DNA of 64,000 nt from Tubulanus polymorphus (lineage: Eukaryota > Animalia > Nemertea): the NCBI RefSeq assembly GCF_964204645.1, contig NC_134026.1:31096150-31160149 (forward strand), read 5' to 3'. Position 1 is the stretch's first letter; every line of letters starts with the position of its first letter. The position numbers were made by a program, and so were the translations under genes. Shown piece after piece: positions 27,796 to 42,104 of this stretch. Under the pieces are notes generated by a model, which was given only the letters and a program-made list of their open reading frames with translations, did no database searches and had not been told where the DNA came from.

Positions 27796-30700
27796 CTATA
27801 TTCCTTGAGTGATTGTAAAATCTGACATGTCCTCCGATGGTTTCAATACTAAATTCTGAAGCGAAAATAAATCAGTTTCATTCATTTATTAATCCGCAAA
27901 ATTGTTTTAAATTTTAATTAATGAATTTTCGTTCAAAGTCTCAGATTGAAAACTATAATTTACAGTTCATTAAGGAACTCGACAATAAAAATAATGGAGT
28001 TCAACTCTCACATGAGTAAGGTCGGTCATCATTGACTTTGTTTTTCTAGGGTTCATACTAAACTAGTGGAGGAAGAACAGAGCTGAATTTCATAAACATT
28101 GGGGAGCAAAATAATAATCTTTGTGAACATTTTGAAATTTGTCAGTTATTACCACAGTTCTTCAATCTTTGTAACACTGAGGATTTACCCGTGGGGTTAA
28201 ACTTTGATATCCAGGCTATGAAACCAGGCCCAGCAGGTAAAGGATTAACCCCTAGGGGTAGCTTTGATACCCGGTCTATGAAACCAGGCCCAGCAGGTAA
28301 AGGATTAACCCCTAGGGGTAGCTTTGATACCCGGTCTATGAAACCAGGCCCAGCAGGTAAAGGATTAACCCCTAGGGGTAGCTTTGATACCCGGTCTATG
28401 AAACCAGGCCCAGCGGGTAAAGGATTAACCCCTAGGGGTAGCTTTGATACCCGGTCTATGAAACCAGGCCCAGCGGGTAAAGGATTAACCCCTAGGGGTA
28501 GCTTTGATACCCGGTCTATGAAACCAGGCCCAGCAGGTAAAGGATTAACCCCTAGGGGTAGCTTTGATACCCGGTCTATGAAACCAGGCCCAGCAGGTAA
28601 AGGATTAACCCCTAGGGGTAGCTTTGATACCCGGTCTATGAAACTAGGCCCAGCGGGTAAAGGATTAACCCCTAGGGGTAGCTTTGATACCCGGTCTATG
28701 AAACCAGGCCCAGCGGGTAAAGGATTAACCCCTAGGGGTAGCTTTGATACCCGGTCTATGAAACCAGGCCCAGCGGGTAAAGGATTAACCCCTAGGGGTA
28801 GCTTTGATACCCGGTCTATGAAACCAGGCCCAGCAGGTAAAGGATTAACCCCTAGGGGTAGCTTTGATACCCGGTCTATGAAACCAGGCCCAGCGGGTAA
28901 AGGATTAACCCCTAGGGTTAGCTTTGATACCCGGTCTATGAAACCAGGCCCAGCAGGTAAAGGATTAACCCCTAGGGGTAGCCTTGATACCCGGTCTCTG
29001 AAACCAGGCCCAGCAGGTAAAGGATTAACCCTATCAATGAAATCTAGGGTTTGCTTGGTATTCTTAAAACAATCAGGTCGAATGAATACTGTTAGATAAT
29101 GGACTCAATCAATAATCTCAATGGATCAATCGTATATTTACCTTTTCATTAGCAAGATGTAGTAAACAAACAAATGCGATCGGAACGCTTAAATTCTTCG
29201 CCATATTTTTGGAGACTTTATTCGGTAGAACGTCGACGAGTTCGCTGAATGTGTGAGTTCCGTTGACGCTATCGTTTAAACGAGGCGTTTGAGGAGTTTC
29301 ATCATTCTCCTGTTAAACATAAAATACAACAGTCAAATTAACTCCGACAACAAGAATCAGGGTTCGTCGTACACTTCAACCGGAATTCCAGGAGGTGTAT
29401 GAACCCTGAAGAATTGAACTAGAAATCTAGCAGCAGACAGTGTGCGCGTTGCCCCAGATCTCACGGGACCAATAAATTCTCAATTCGAGGTACCCGGCGC
29501 ACCCGCAGCAGGGATGGGTCATTATCAAGATAGATTGAAATAAGAAAACATGTTTGGTGCATGCTATAATCCGAGATAAGAGTCTGTACATAGGGTCAAA
29601 ATTTCTTCAAGAAATCGGAGGATATCGAACTGATAAGAGAATAATTTATGATGTAAATGAAATGAAATGAACGCTATCAATATAAATAGCTACCTGTACC
29701 TTGTCACCCTCGGGGGGAACCATTAAAACATTCCACATACTGTGCTTCAATTTTTTCACGTCCATTTTTTTCGCAGCTTTAGCGTAAGCGATATCGATTT
29801 TACTGACCTGTAATCAAACAAATTTAACTCGTATTATTTTAAACTGGAGACCAATAACAGGAACCGAATCCTCAACTATTCGAATCCAGGTTTCATGAAA
29901 AAGTTAAGCTCTAATTTTTGGTTTAATTACTGAATTGATTACTTCATATTTTCAATAAGAACAATTCAAACTCAACCGTTTCAAAATTGGATCCTGATCT
30001 TACTTTTTTTGGTTGTTCGAGTAAATTATCTCCGGTTAACATCGAAGAACCTTCACCAGCGCCTCCGACATCATCACCTAGAAAATTATCGGCGGTTTGT
30101 TGACTTAAATCGGACATCTGACTGAATTCACCTCCAGCAGTGAAATCAAAACCACCAGCATCGTCATCATCATCTTCCACTGCAGCAGTCTGTATTCAAT
30201 AGAAATATACATTCAAAATAGTTATGTAGTATTTTCACCCCTCCCCCTGAGAACTGGAAATCACGAACTTACATCGGCTGGACAGAAATTATCGCGATCA
30301 TTCGCGTTATCATAATCATAATCAGCGACACTAGCGTCGAGATCTTCAGTTGAGTTGTACGTCTGTCGTCGAATCTATTTCAAATATAATTAAAATTAAT
30401 TTCTAGGAAACGCTTTTCAAGATCTAGTTCCACAGTTGTGATTTAGAGATAGTTAGAATAACATTGACCAGGTATAAATCAAAGCCTGTCTATAGGGAAC
30501 GCGTGCGAGACCAAGCAAGAACTGTTCACTGTAGACATTTTTTTACTTTAGTTTATTTTCAATGAGTTTTAACTCTGAAATCTCAACTGTGGAACAGGAT
30601 ACTGGATCCAGTTCCAGAGTTAGAGTTAACTCTGATTGAAATCTTAACTTTCTAATCTTCTAACTTTTTATAATGTGATTTTAGAATGTAAAGTGCTGTG

Positions 30701-33700
30701 GTTTAGTTCTTAGAAACCGTGCTACCGGGTATATAAGAAAATATATTATCATTATTATTATAACTACATTTACAGCTGATTACCGGTAGTAGAAACATGT
30801 ATTTCAATACTTACTAAAACTTTCGGTTTTCCAAACAATCTGAATAGTTCACAAGGGTCGTAGTGTAAATCATCTGGTAATGTTAACATCGTGGAACTGT
30901 ATTTATTTAACGTTGCTTTATTCACAGTCGTTGCTGCCCTCGTTTTCTTGAAATAAACTTCAAAATCAACTGCCTCCGAATCATAATCTATTTTAAACGC
31001 TGCCTTTTTAGTTTTCGGTTTCTTTTCTTTCGACACGTCTGAAATATTCAAGTAAAAAAAAATTGACCACTTCTCCCTTCTGACGATCAGCAATAACTTT
31101 CGGTAATTTACGTACCTTTAGTCTGTCCCTTGACCTTCCAATGCGAAGGTCCAGCCCACGTTGTAAGCAATGAAGAATTGAAGTATGAATATTCACTAGG
31201 TTGCGTAGATAGAACTTGTATAAGTTCTCCGACTGTTCCACTTCTATCAAATCATCGAAACAAATACAAAATACAGTAGACCGTTATTATCTCAGATATC
31301 ACAGGACTGATCAGTTTTCTGCGAGTGAATTGCGAGGCTTGCAGAGTCCAGTGAACAGATTCAGAACTTACTTGATATTACTAACTACACTATTAACCAT
31401 ACGAGCCTCTTGACTATCACAACGTATTTCATCAGATTCACCGAAAACTTCATCACCTCGATCTAAAAAATCATATCAAACATGACGTGAATCTACTAAA
31501 CGCGGCTAGGATGGTGATTTTACACCGAGGATAAATTGAATTAGAATAGAAATCGGGACTCAAAAATAGAGATAAACTTTAAAGGCCAGGGTAAAAAGAA
31601 GTACTAATAACTTCAAGGACTTTTTCGGCAATTTTTGACTCGAAAATAAGTACTCTCCAGTTAAATGAGGGCCCATAAGGAAGCATTTTCGCAAAGCCTT
31701 TGCCGGAATACTAGTCATGTAGACCAATCATATATACCAGGCTAATTCCATAACACTTTCCTTCAGTCAAATTTGGAAGGACTTTTTTATCAAAAGGAAG
31801 GACTTAGAGCCAAAGAGAAGGACAAAGATGATGTTTGTCCAAACTTTTTCCAAAAGAAGGACAAAGAAGGACTTGGAAGGACCGCTGGAAACCCTGTTTA
31901 GAACTGCCGTATTATAGCCTAAAGGTCAACCCCTGTTTTGGGCTAATCAATTCAAGTTAATGTAGTATGAACTGCTGTTATAACTACATCAAGTTGTTGT
32001 TTGTTCACTCACCATCAGCAGCACCGTAATCCTCATCATCCGTGTAACCCTCGTGAGTAGGTTGATACTGGTGAGGATCGTTAGGAATCGGTTCGGGTTC
32101 TGCTTCCATATCGAACGCGTGACTGTCGGTTTTACCAAATAAAACACTCGACGAACCCTACACAAATAAATGAACTAAATTTAACTGATGGACCGACATG
32201 ACTAGACTGTTTGATACTGATTTAACTGAGGGACCGACATGACTAGACTGTCTGATACTGATTTAACTGAGGGACCGACATGACTAGACTGTCTGATACT
32301 GATTTAACTGATGGACCGACATGACTAGACTGTCTGATACTGATTTAACTGAGGGACCGACATGACTAGACTGTCTGATACTGATTTAACTGATGGACCG
32401 ACATGACTAGACTGTTTGATACTGATTTAACTGAGGGACCGACATGACTAGACTGTCTGATACTGATTTAACTGAGGGACCGACATGACTAGACTGTCTG
32501 ATACTGATTTAACTGAGGGACCGACATGACTAGACTGTTTGATACTGATTTAATGCCGTTCTCTTGTTAGTCACTTACGAGACAATTTTTATCCCAGTTC
32601 GTAAATGTGAAATCAGCGAATGCTGGACACACTTGAACATCTTCAAAATCACGTCCTCGGAACTGACCTGAAAATAAATCACATTCTTAATCACAGGTTT
32701 ACAGGGTTCATAGTTGTAAGGCTAACTGGTTGATGTGGAACTGGATGTATAACTGGTGGTTGTGGAACTCACTGGACTCTGTCGATATATCGAGAACTTT
32801 TTCGTGTTCGTTAATAGTTCTATGGGTTGTTGCCATGACGACTGCGTTTGAATCGAGCTGTAGCTGAGATGAGTTGTCGACTGTGTATAGATGATTCAAT
32901 AACAGACCGGTGGTGCCACCTTCATCGAACGTCGAAGCCATTTGATGAAATAACGGATCAACCTGGAAAACATTGTAAAACCATAAAAATGATTCGGTTA
33001 TAAATAGAGTCGGCTGTGCTTCTGTCTCCAGACTGCGTGTCTAGGAGCTGATTGCATCACACGCCACGTATCATAAAATATCTAACTCCAATTCATATAA
33101 TAATGAGCCATCCGTGCTCCGGCTACCTCGGAGTAAACTGATTGGATCCGAAGCAAGCGCCGTCTACTGGAGGAGAATATTACTTAAAACTCACCTCAAA
33201 TTCCAGATCAAATTTTTTCACTTTGATATTTTTGAGATTTGTTTCTACTGTTTTACCGGACTGAAATGAGAACAATATACAATATCAAACATACTCGAGA
33301 TTGATATATCAAGAGTGAAATCTCAAAATAAAAATCTCAGATATCAAGTTTTCTTATCCTGCCGACAATTGAGGAGTTCAACTGATTTTACCAGGAACTC
33401 GATCAATCAATTTGAAGGTCAAATTTGCGCAGTGTTGTCATCATAGATTTTCTGAAGTTCAGGCCCCGAGTTACAGTTAGCCAAATGAGGAACCGAGCGA
33501 GGGGAAGATTGAGGTTTTCTTACCCTTCGAAATCGTTTCTGTTTCTTAGCCACTTGTTGTGAACAATCCTCCTGATTATCAACTTCATTCCCACCATCTT
33601 CCGCATTATTCGAATCTACGATAAATCAAATTCATCTTGTGAAATATTTTAAGACCAAGATTTTAAGGGGCCACGCATCCATGAGAGGGACAAAGTCAAA

Positions 33701-35038
33701 TTTTCACTATGTAGATTATGCTCAGAATTATGATCTTTATTGATGAGGGAATTTTTTAGAAATATTCCAATGAATTAAGAGAGAAATCACGGGTGAAATG
33801 AAAACAAACCTTTCTGTCCGAGTCCACCTAACATTTTATACGTATCTGAGTGTATCGCATCAACTCTTCCCGCGTATATTTTAGCACTAGCGTCTAACGT
33901 AGAACTAGCAACCTGTATAATTATAATCCATTCATTACAAATCAACCGAACGCAATTAAACTTTTCACGGACCTAGAAATGTTTAAAATTTAATACCTGA
34001 AAATTGCTCATTTCTTTTTTCTTGATCAGATCAGCCATATAATCGATAAGATGAAGACCAAATGCATTTTTCGCATTAATTTTCTGTAAAAGAGAATTAT
34101 TTTCTAAAATATTTTCAGCCACATTTGAGTTGATCAGAGTAGTCACTAGTGTTATCCACAATGCCTCTTGCACTAAATCTAAGAACTCAAGTGGTTGAGG
34201 GAACCTGACTGGTTTGAAGGATGCTCTGAATGGAGCTCAGTTTGGGTTGAAGGAATTTAACTTACATTTTCAGCTGATAATTTGATACAGTTTGTATAAT
34301 GTTCAGATAGTTGTGCGTTACTGAGACCGTGGAGAGGAGCCGTTCGAGATCTGAAACAAATCAAACTCCAGTCATCACAGTGTCACATTAATGAAGTCAT
34401 CTCTATTTTTGAGTCCCAATTTTGCAATTCAATTTACAAAAGTGTAAGTTATCATTTTGATAAATCATCAGTTGCAAGTCGGGCCGGTTCCATAGTCGTG
34501 GCTTAGACTTAAGACCAGTCTAAGACCATCTTAGTTCTATAACCAATCTAACAACTTAAGACCACTTTTCGTCTTTTAGACTTAAGTCTCGACTATGGAA
34601 CCAGCCCCTCAAGTCTTGTCGACTTGAGTTCAGTTAAACTCGAGTTAAACATCTCTATTTTCTAATCTCAATTCAATCCAAATGACGACTTACACTTAGT
34701 AAATTATACGTCTAATTCAAGTACAAGTCATCAATCAGTCACAGACATCAGCTGTGAGTTTCATCATACCTGTCAGTAGGACTGGATCCAGGGCTGCTCA
34801 GGTGCATTCGTTGAAGTTCTAAAACTTTCGATCGGCGTCGAGCTTTTTTCTCCGCGATGTCGTCGTTCTCCCGGGCGACGCTCGTCGGGGACGACATCGA
34901 CCCGGAGCCGCCGCCCGTGAACACCGACACATGACGTCTCGTAGAGGGCGACACGTAATCCTGTCGAGGAGTTACAGTCTGAACGTGTGAAACACTTCCT
35001 CCCCCTGTCGGTGTTTTAAATACACTATCAGCCGCCAT
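27796..35038 (-). CDS. NCAPH: Condensin complex subunit 2 (kleisin, Barren/CAP-H), multi-exon
   Basis: [12 protein letters not shown]; [31 protein letters not shown]; [24 protein letters not shown]; [25 protein letters not shown]; HCLQRGLDL-region exon; [18 protein letters not shown]; [17 protein letters not shown]. Confidence 0.96.
28200..29032. repeat. Intronic 60-bp minisatellite, ~14 near-identical copies
   Basis: Consecutive 60-nt lines repeat almost exactly; each unit contains the palindrome ACCCCTAGGGGT. Confidence 0.97.
32180..32552. repeat. Intronic 41-bp minisatellite, ~9 copies
   Basis: TTTAACTGAKGGACCGACATGACTAGACTGTYTGATACTGA. Confidence 0.95.
34481..34608. mobile_element. MITE family A (~130-190 bp); other copies ~37890-38075, 48549-48697, 57063-57200, 57932-58195, degenerate at 25713-25952
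   Basis: GGGCC(A/G)GTT(C/G)CATAGTC(A/G)TGGCTTAGACTTAAGACC...GACTTAAGTC..GACT(A/G)TG(G/C)AAC(C/T)GGCCC. Confidence 0.85.
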
Positions 35039-35194
35039 CTATAACAATCACAATAAAATAAAGCAGTTAGTTGATTTGAATTGCGTTCATTTGAAATTGA
35101 AGCCAAATTTGGAGCTTTAAAATCATCAAAACATAATAAAATCATTTACAATCGATTCTCATTAATATCATTCTCACTTTTAGATGGTTTTATA

Positions 35195-35639
35195 CCTGTA
35201 GATTATTCCGTAGAGCGATATTTTAACGGTTAAACTAAGTATCGCCCGACGAACAATTCAATAGCCGCGCCCAGTATAACCCGCTCGCTGAACCGTCGAT
35301 CATTGATTTATTCCACAATGAAACGATCAGATTCTACAAGTGGGTTTTTCCATATAATTAGAATAAAATATATCTATATTCAGCATAAATTTAGCACTAA
35401 TTCCTGTTCAAAATCAGTTTCTTTTACATTAACAAAGCACCGTTTCGTTGAATCAGTTTTGTAATTAGTATTGCGTGGGGCTAATTCGGTTGGTAAATCA
35501 TGACTCTCTGTAACCCTAACCCTAGCCGTAACCCTAACCCTAGCTAACCAAATACACCCGAGTACAGAGAACGCGGATCCCGATCTCGGACTGACGAGAC
35601 GGACTGGGACTCGGAATACGACACGGACTAATAACCAAC
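35195..35639. promoter_or_regulatory. Bidirectional promoter region NCAPH/DDX56 with a short (TAACCC)n tract
   Basis: Head-to-head genes. The NCAPH 5'UTR exon donor is at ~35195 and the DDX56 ATG at 35640. TAACCCTAACCC repeats at 35510-35545. Confidence 0.6.
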
Positions 35640-38600
35640 ATGGCGGACGAAGAGAAATCTCGTGTTTTGCAATGGAATGAAATGGATTTAGACGACAGAA
35701 TTCTCCTGGTAAAGTCTTAATACGATGTAACAAACCAAGAACAGACAATCATAGCTGTTACATAATTAGAAAACACAGTTATTCAATGTCAGGCGATCTT
35801 AATCTGGGCATCCATTTTTGACTGAAATTGAAACTCAAATCCAAGTCAAATCATCAATTCAACAACTTCAATCATTCATTCACACAACACAACTTCAAAA
35901 CAAAATGTTGGCCTACAACGTTGCATGCAGGTCCAGCATTTAGCATTTAGGGCAATGGAATGAGCAAGTTGGACTACTACACTTGCCAGCCCACCTCAAA
36001 CTGTTTTGCCTTTTTTGGCAATTAATCTGCCGTTTTTGGCGTGACAGATGTTGATGATTGTGATAGATTCTATAGTTGTTTATTTTATAGGCGATATCTA
36101 AATTAGGATGGGCCGAACCGACGATGATCCAAGAGAAAGCGATACCTTTAGCTCTTCAGGGTAAAGATATTCTGTCTCGAGCTCGAACTGGATCCGGAAA
36201 AACTGCTGCATACGCGATACCAGTTATACAGAAAATACTCAACTCTAAACAGGTGGGAGACGAATCTTAGAATAATATAGACCCAGTTTCACCAAATAGT
36301 CCTGCTAAAAACTAAAGTTTTCGGTTACACATTTTTGCTGCAAGTTCAAACTTAACCATTTGATTTGAAGCTTAAATTTTTTCACGAAACTGAACCCGGG
36401 AGCAAAGGAAAATTTCTGAATCCTTGAGAAGAGTTCCTGCATTCTAGAATCCAATCATTTGAAATCTTGATATTTTTAACAGATGTTGATGTTATATTTT
36501 TTACAGTTAGCTACGGAACAGACTGTAAAGGCGTTCGTGCTCACCCCGACGAAGGAACTGTCGCATCAAGCTTACAAAAATATCCTTGATTTAACGGCGA
36601 ATTGTTCTAAAGAAGTAAAATGTATCGATATTTCTGGTCAGATTGAGTTGGACGCTCAGAGACCGATGTTAATGGAACAGCCCGATGTCGTAGTCGGTCC
36701 GCCCAGTCGTATATTCGCGCATTTAAAAGCCGGAAATTTGAAAGTGAAAGAATCGTTAGAACTTCTGGTCATCGATGAAGCAGATTTAGTTTTCTCGTTC
36801 GGTTACGAAAATGACGTCAAACAAATATTGAAATATTTACCGAAGATATTTCAGTCGTTTTTGATGTCAGCGACGCTCAGCGAAGACGTGAAATCACTGA
36901 AAAAACTCGTTCTTCATAATCCGGTGATCTTAAAACTGGAGGAGGCTCGACTTCCGGAAACCAGTCAACTTACGCAGTATCATATCAAGTGAGTTTATAC
37001 GTGAACATATCATTTAGGACTAACTTTAGAGAGACCTGAACACTGGGGTCTTACAGATCAAACAAAATAGGAGGAAATCAGGGAATTTTGCTCAGTAGGA
37101 TAATCGGGCAATTTGAATTTTTAGTATCTTGTTCTTGCTCTGGTGATGAGTGACACAAACAGCCCTCACTGAGGATGTCTTATAATTCGATCAGGGAATT
37201 CAAATTCTAACCTCTTATCTGTAAGAGCCCTATGAAAATGTGTTTATTATAACCAATTGAATTTAGAGAATAGTTTTAAACTATTGCGTTATTTTTGCTC
37301 TATGTTTTAGATGTGAACAAGAAGACAAGTTTGTACTGATTTATGCGCTGTTTAAATTGAGATTGATTTTGGGTAAATCTCTAATCTTCGTCAATAGTGT
37401 TGACAGATGTTATAAATTGAAACTGTTTCTGCGACAGTTCGGAATTGGTACATGCGTTCTGAATTCAGAACTACCCGGAAACTCTCGGTACGTACCGATA
37501 TTAGATACGTTTTAAATGTTTTAGGTACAAAAGATGAATTTGTTTTGATGGTATTTATTACAGGTGTCACATTGTAAATCAGTTCAACGATGGTTTATAC
37601 GATGTATTGATTTCCTCAGATGAACGCGCCGACCAGATTCAACAGAAAGGCAGTCAGAAAAACCGTAAGAAAAGGTACCTATCATTTTATATTAACTGAT
37701 GTTTGAAAAATTATTCTGACATTCTCAAGGAACCTTAGCGGCAATTGATTTCAAATACAGTGAAATGTGGTCGCCTTGTATGCCTCGGATTATTGCGTGT
37801 CCCACACGACAAAATGTTAAAGATTGTCCTAATTTAATCCTTGTGATGACCAGCCATCATCACTCTGGAGAATTTACTTGCTGCCCTCTGGGCCCAGTTC
37901 CATAGTCATGGCTTAGACTTAAGACCAACTTAAGGCCATCTTAGTTCTATAACCAATCTTACAACTTAAGACCAGTGTAAACTAAATTTGGTTCTTTAAC
38001 CAATCTAACAACTTACGACCAGTCTTAAAATCTAAGTCCATTTTTGGACTTAAGTCTCAACTGAGGAACCGGCCCTCTCCGGTCAAATTTACTAGCTGCC
38101 TCAGGGAGTAAATTCATTGGTCTTGTGAAATCGTGATTAGAGTCTCTTCTTGCATTAAGTATTTTATTTTTTCTTAGGAAGAAGGATCTCGAATCAGGAG
38201 TTTCACGTGGTATCGATTTTCAGAAAGTTTCGAACGTAATAAACTTTGATTTTCCGATGGATGTGGATTCGTATATTCACCGAGTTGGACGGACCGCTCG
38301 CGGCGACTGTAAAGGAACCGCTCTATCATTCGTCAGTTTAGACGAAATGCCGCGTCTAGAAGAAATAGAAAATACATTATCTGATAGCACGCGTGAGTAC
38401 AATACACAATAAAACTAATTATATGCAAATATATTCACTGATAAAACTAATTATGCAGATTTATTCATGTGTTTGTTTGTGTTTGATTGGTGGAATTTTC
38501 ATTTATTTCAAGCGGAAGGGACGAGTTTGTTTAAACCGTATAATTTCAAGATGGACGAATTGGAAGGTTTTAGATATAGAGCAAAGGTTCGTATTACAGT

Positions 38601-39877
38601 CAAACTTGACTTAGTCACATTACGGAAGTCATTTGAGTCTCAATTTGTTGTATTTCCAATTCTATTTACTCAGTGTAAGTAGTTTATGTAATTGATCGTC
38701 ACAATGACTTAGTCAACAGGGTCCAGTTCCACAGTTCTGAGTTAAGATTTGACCCTGGGTTAAAACATTGAAAATGAACTAACTTTAACTCAGAGTTAAC
38801 TCTGACTCAGAACTGTGGAACTGGGTCCAGTTTGATAGAATCATTATTTAATGTAACTTTCACTATAATCATTGTATGATGTTAAATGTTTGTAGGATGC
38901 GATGAGAATGGTGACTACGATTGCTATTAAACAGGCTCGAGTCAAAGAAATAAAAGCTGAACTATTAACGTCAGAAAAATTGAAAGTACGTCCTTTAAAA
39001 TGGAATATGAACTCGTTGTCGTTTTTGTTGATGTTAGGAAAGATTTTATGAAGTGAAACGATGTTTATATCTTTTCAGTCGTATTTTGAAGATAATCCTC
39101 GAGATTTACAGGTTTTAAGACACGATACAAACTGTAATCCAATTAGAACTCAGTCTCATATGAAGAATGTACCGGATTATATTAGTAAGTTATATCATTA
39201 TTTACCACAAAAGAAAGCCGTAGGCTGATTTACATACTGTGACAGGTCTTAGATACACTTAGGCAGGACAGTATAGACTTTATTTACAGACAGCCTCTTA
39301 GTTTTGATATTTCAATGTCCTTTGTGAAGAACGCACCTCAAATTATCAAGGTGCTGCCATTAAAAGTCCTATCTTGTCTCTCTTGTTTATGTCTTCTACG
39401 GTTTTGTTTAAAAGTATTTAGAATTCTTCTCTTATTTAAAAGATTTGTGTACTTATAAGTTTCCCTGATTGTACCCTGTTGTGGATGGCAGCGTCAGGGT
39501 TGTAGATTCACACTCTTCAGTCTGGGAGAGGCTCAGTGTTTTACCAGTGTTAGTCATATCGACGACAGTATTTTAATGTATCTCTATTTTGACCAACTCA
39601 ATGGCTGTTTTTCTCTCGTGCAGTTCCGCCGACGCTACAGAAATTAAAACGACCGATTTCTTCGACTAAAACTGGAGTTTGGAAAAAGAAGAGTAAAGAA
39701 CAGGAACGAAGACCTACTCGAGGAGAATTAAAATATCAGGTATGTTTTAACTCCGTGTGAAACCTTTTAACCCGTCGTGAAGCACACGCTCAATAAACTC
39801 CTCTCTCTTTTCAGAAACGAAAAGCCGATCCTCTGAAAAGTTTTGAATTCAGAACAGAAGCCAAAAGAAAGAAATGA
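35640..39877 (+). CDS. DDX56: DEAD-box RNA helicase DDX56/Dbp9, multi-exon
   Basis: [32 protein letters not shown]; LTPTKEL; [14 protein letters not shown]; MSATL; [10 protein letters not shown]; [10 protein letters not shown]; [12 protein letters not shown]; [15 protein letters not shown]. Confidence 0.97.
38720..38827. mobile_element. MITE family B; related copies ~30420-30640, 50025-50145, 50482-50585, 58592-58700, 60559-60615, 63756-63840
   Basis: GGTCCAGTTCCACAGTT...AACTGTGGAACTGGGTC termini, flanked by CAG on both sides here. Confidence 0.8.
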
Positions 39878-40081
39878 TGTTTTTAATAACAAAATAAAAT
39901 TGATAAATTTCAAATTTGATCGAGTTGCCTTTGACTGACTAGTGGAATGTGGACTCCTCCTGGTGGAATGTGGACTCTATCAAACAGATGAGACGAGAAG
40001 ATACATTAAACAGAATCTCTTGAGAGACAAAAAGACAAAAATGTTTTTAAATAAAAATTTCCGAGTTTATTTGTTAACATT

Positions 40082-41847
40082 TTATGCTAATATTTCAACC
40101 ATTTGGTTAATGATACTGTCTAATCTATCGGCAGGAATAATCATAACGGTTCTGTACGAGTCGAATTCCTCGTCCTCATCGTCCCAGTCTCCTCCGACAG
40201 CGGTATCCTTCTCACTGTTCACGCAATACGAGAAATTAAATATCGCCTCCTGAAATAACAATGATGAACAAATTAAACTGAATCTGAAGACTCTGGAAAA
40301 ACCTCTCAAAAACATAAACAGGGAAGAGTGGAGATCTAGGAAGCTAAGAGTCTAAAGGAACAGTCGGGTTATTTTCCAGGTCACATTCCTGTTCAGCGAA
40401 AGAAACATTTTGCATTTGGAATACAATAGATTCAATTTCAACGTGAATGAGTTTAGTCAAATTTGCAGGTTTCAACGACATTTATCTTGACAAAAAGGCA
40501 GGAAAGGTAAGGGGCTGGACCGCCTGACATTACCACCTAAATTTCGTCCTTGATTAAAGTAAAACCTGAATCTACCTGGAAAAAGAGTTCCTCCTCCGCG
40601 TTTTGGAAGATCAGTTCCAACGATTCATCTTTCTTTTTCATCTTCGATTTTGTGTCCTTTAAAACGTTCGTTTTACTGATCATTAAAAAGTTCTTGAATT
40701 CGAATTTCATTTTCTTCTGATTCGCTTTCTCAATTTCCTTTCTACAAAATTAAGCGATCATTTTAACGATGACGATAAGACGTATTGAGGATATTTTCAG
40801 AAACTGAACGAAGATTTTCTACTAACTTTAACGCTTGAAACGAAGGTAAAGCTATTTGTGGCGGGATATTGATGAATCTTTCGTTGATTAAAAATCCTAA
40901 ACATTGTCGCGAATCGCTGAAATAATTCTTAAACTGATCTCTTTTATTACAATCATTGCACCTTTCTGTTAACGTCGAGACCATTTGTTTTACGAAATCA
41001 GCGTCCTGTAATGGAATAAATGAATTTGATAATTTACAATCAAAGAGCATCCGATTTACTTGGTTTCCGATTAGCAAATAATCTCTACCTTTTTGACGGT
41101 AACATTGATTACAGAAATGACACCGAAAACTTCATTAGAATCGCTGATATCTTCATCATCTTCTTCTTCTGATAATTCACATTGCTATAGAATATAAGTT
41201 CAGGTTTATTAAGCGTCTGCTCAAATCTCGTTTTAATGTTCACTTTACAATGATGATACAGACTTACTTTTATGATACTTCCGACATAATTTTGGGCGAT
41301 TATCATATCTGACATTTCTGTCAGGTCAATATTGGCTTTGATAAACAGCTGAAAATAAAACAAAAAAGTTCAAATATAAATCATTTATAAGCTTTTTAAA
41401 TCTTTTAAGCCGTAAGGAATGTAAATAATTTAAGCCTTCAATAATTTTGATGGGAATTTTTAAAATGGTTTTCATTCAAAGACTTTAATTTACCTGTTGT
41501 AATAGTCTACGGATGCCATGGAAATCACTGTCATCTGCTGTTCTCGCTTCAAAATCAATTTGAATCTCCTGCAAAAAAGTAGCACACGATGGATTCGAAC
41601 CCAGTTGATAAAACGCCACTAGTTAACATATGAGACTAGGGTCGAATCCCATAAATATTCCATAACAACATGATTTAATATGGAATTTGGATCGATGGAT
41701 TACCTTTTCCAACATTTCGTCATCACTGTTTTCACTTTCATCGTCATCCTCACTGTCATTTTCCTCCACATCTGGGTCGTTAGTCTCTTCATTTTCCAAT
41801 TTTTTCATTTCATCCTCGACCGCTCGCTTTTTCCTGGGCGCAGCCAT
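40082..41847 (-). CDS. BCCIP: BRCA2 and CDKN1A-interacting protein (BCCIP/Bcp1), multi-exon
   Basis: Acidic N-terminus; IQIDFEARTADDSDFHGIRRLLQQLF; EMSDMIIAQNYVGSIIK; LGFLINERFINIPPQIALP; FQNAEEELF; VGGDW. Confidence 0.96.
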
Positions 41848-42104
41848 CTTGTTTTTATAAATGTGGAATCTATTTCTGAAACAATGGTTCCAAAGTTATC
41901 CGATATTTGTTATATTTTTCAATCAAATTTTACTAGAATTGTCGGTAATTAGTTTTTTTTAATTTTACTGTTCAATTTGATAAAAGACTTTCTCAAATCC
42001 TAACTGTGCACAGAAACGCGTGCTTCCTAGCACATCATCGTGCCAGCGTTATAGTTTTAGTTTTAATAGTAGAAAGGTCCCGAAATAGGTTATTTCTATT
42101 TTAA
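41848..42104. promoter_or_regulatory. Short bidirectional promoter between BCCIP and the PNK-like gene
   Basis: Divergent ATGs at 41847 (-) and 42105 (+). Confidence 0.6.

Noticed and set aside
28191-29099. 302-aa repetitive ORF ([20 protein letters not shown])n
   Set aside because: A 60-bp tandem repeat antisense within an NCAPH intron; not a Gly-X-Y collagen and no gene context.
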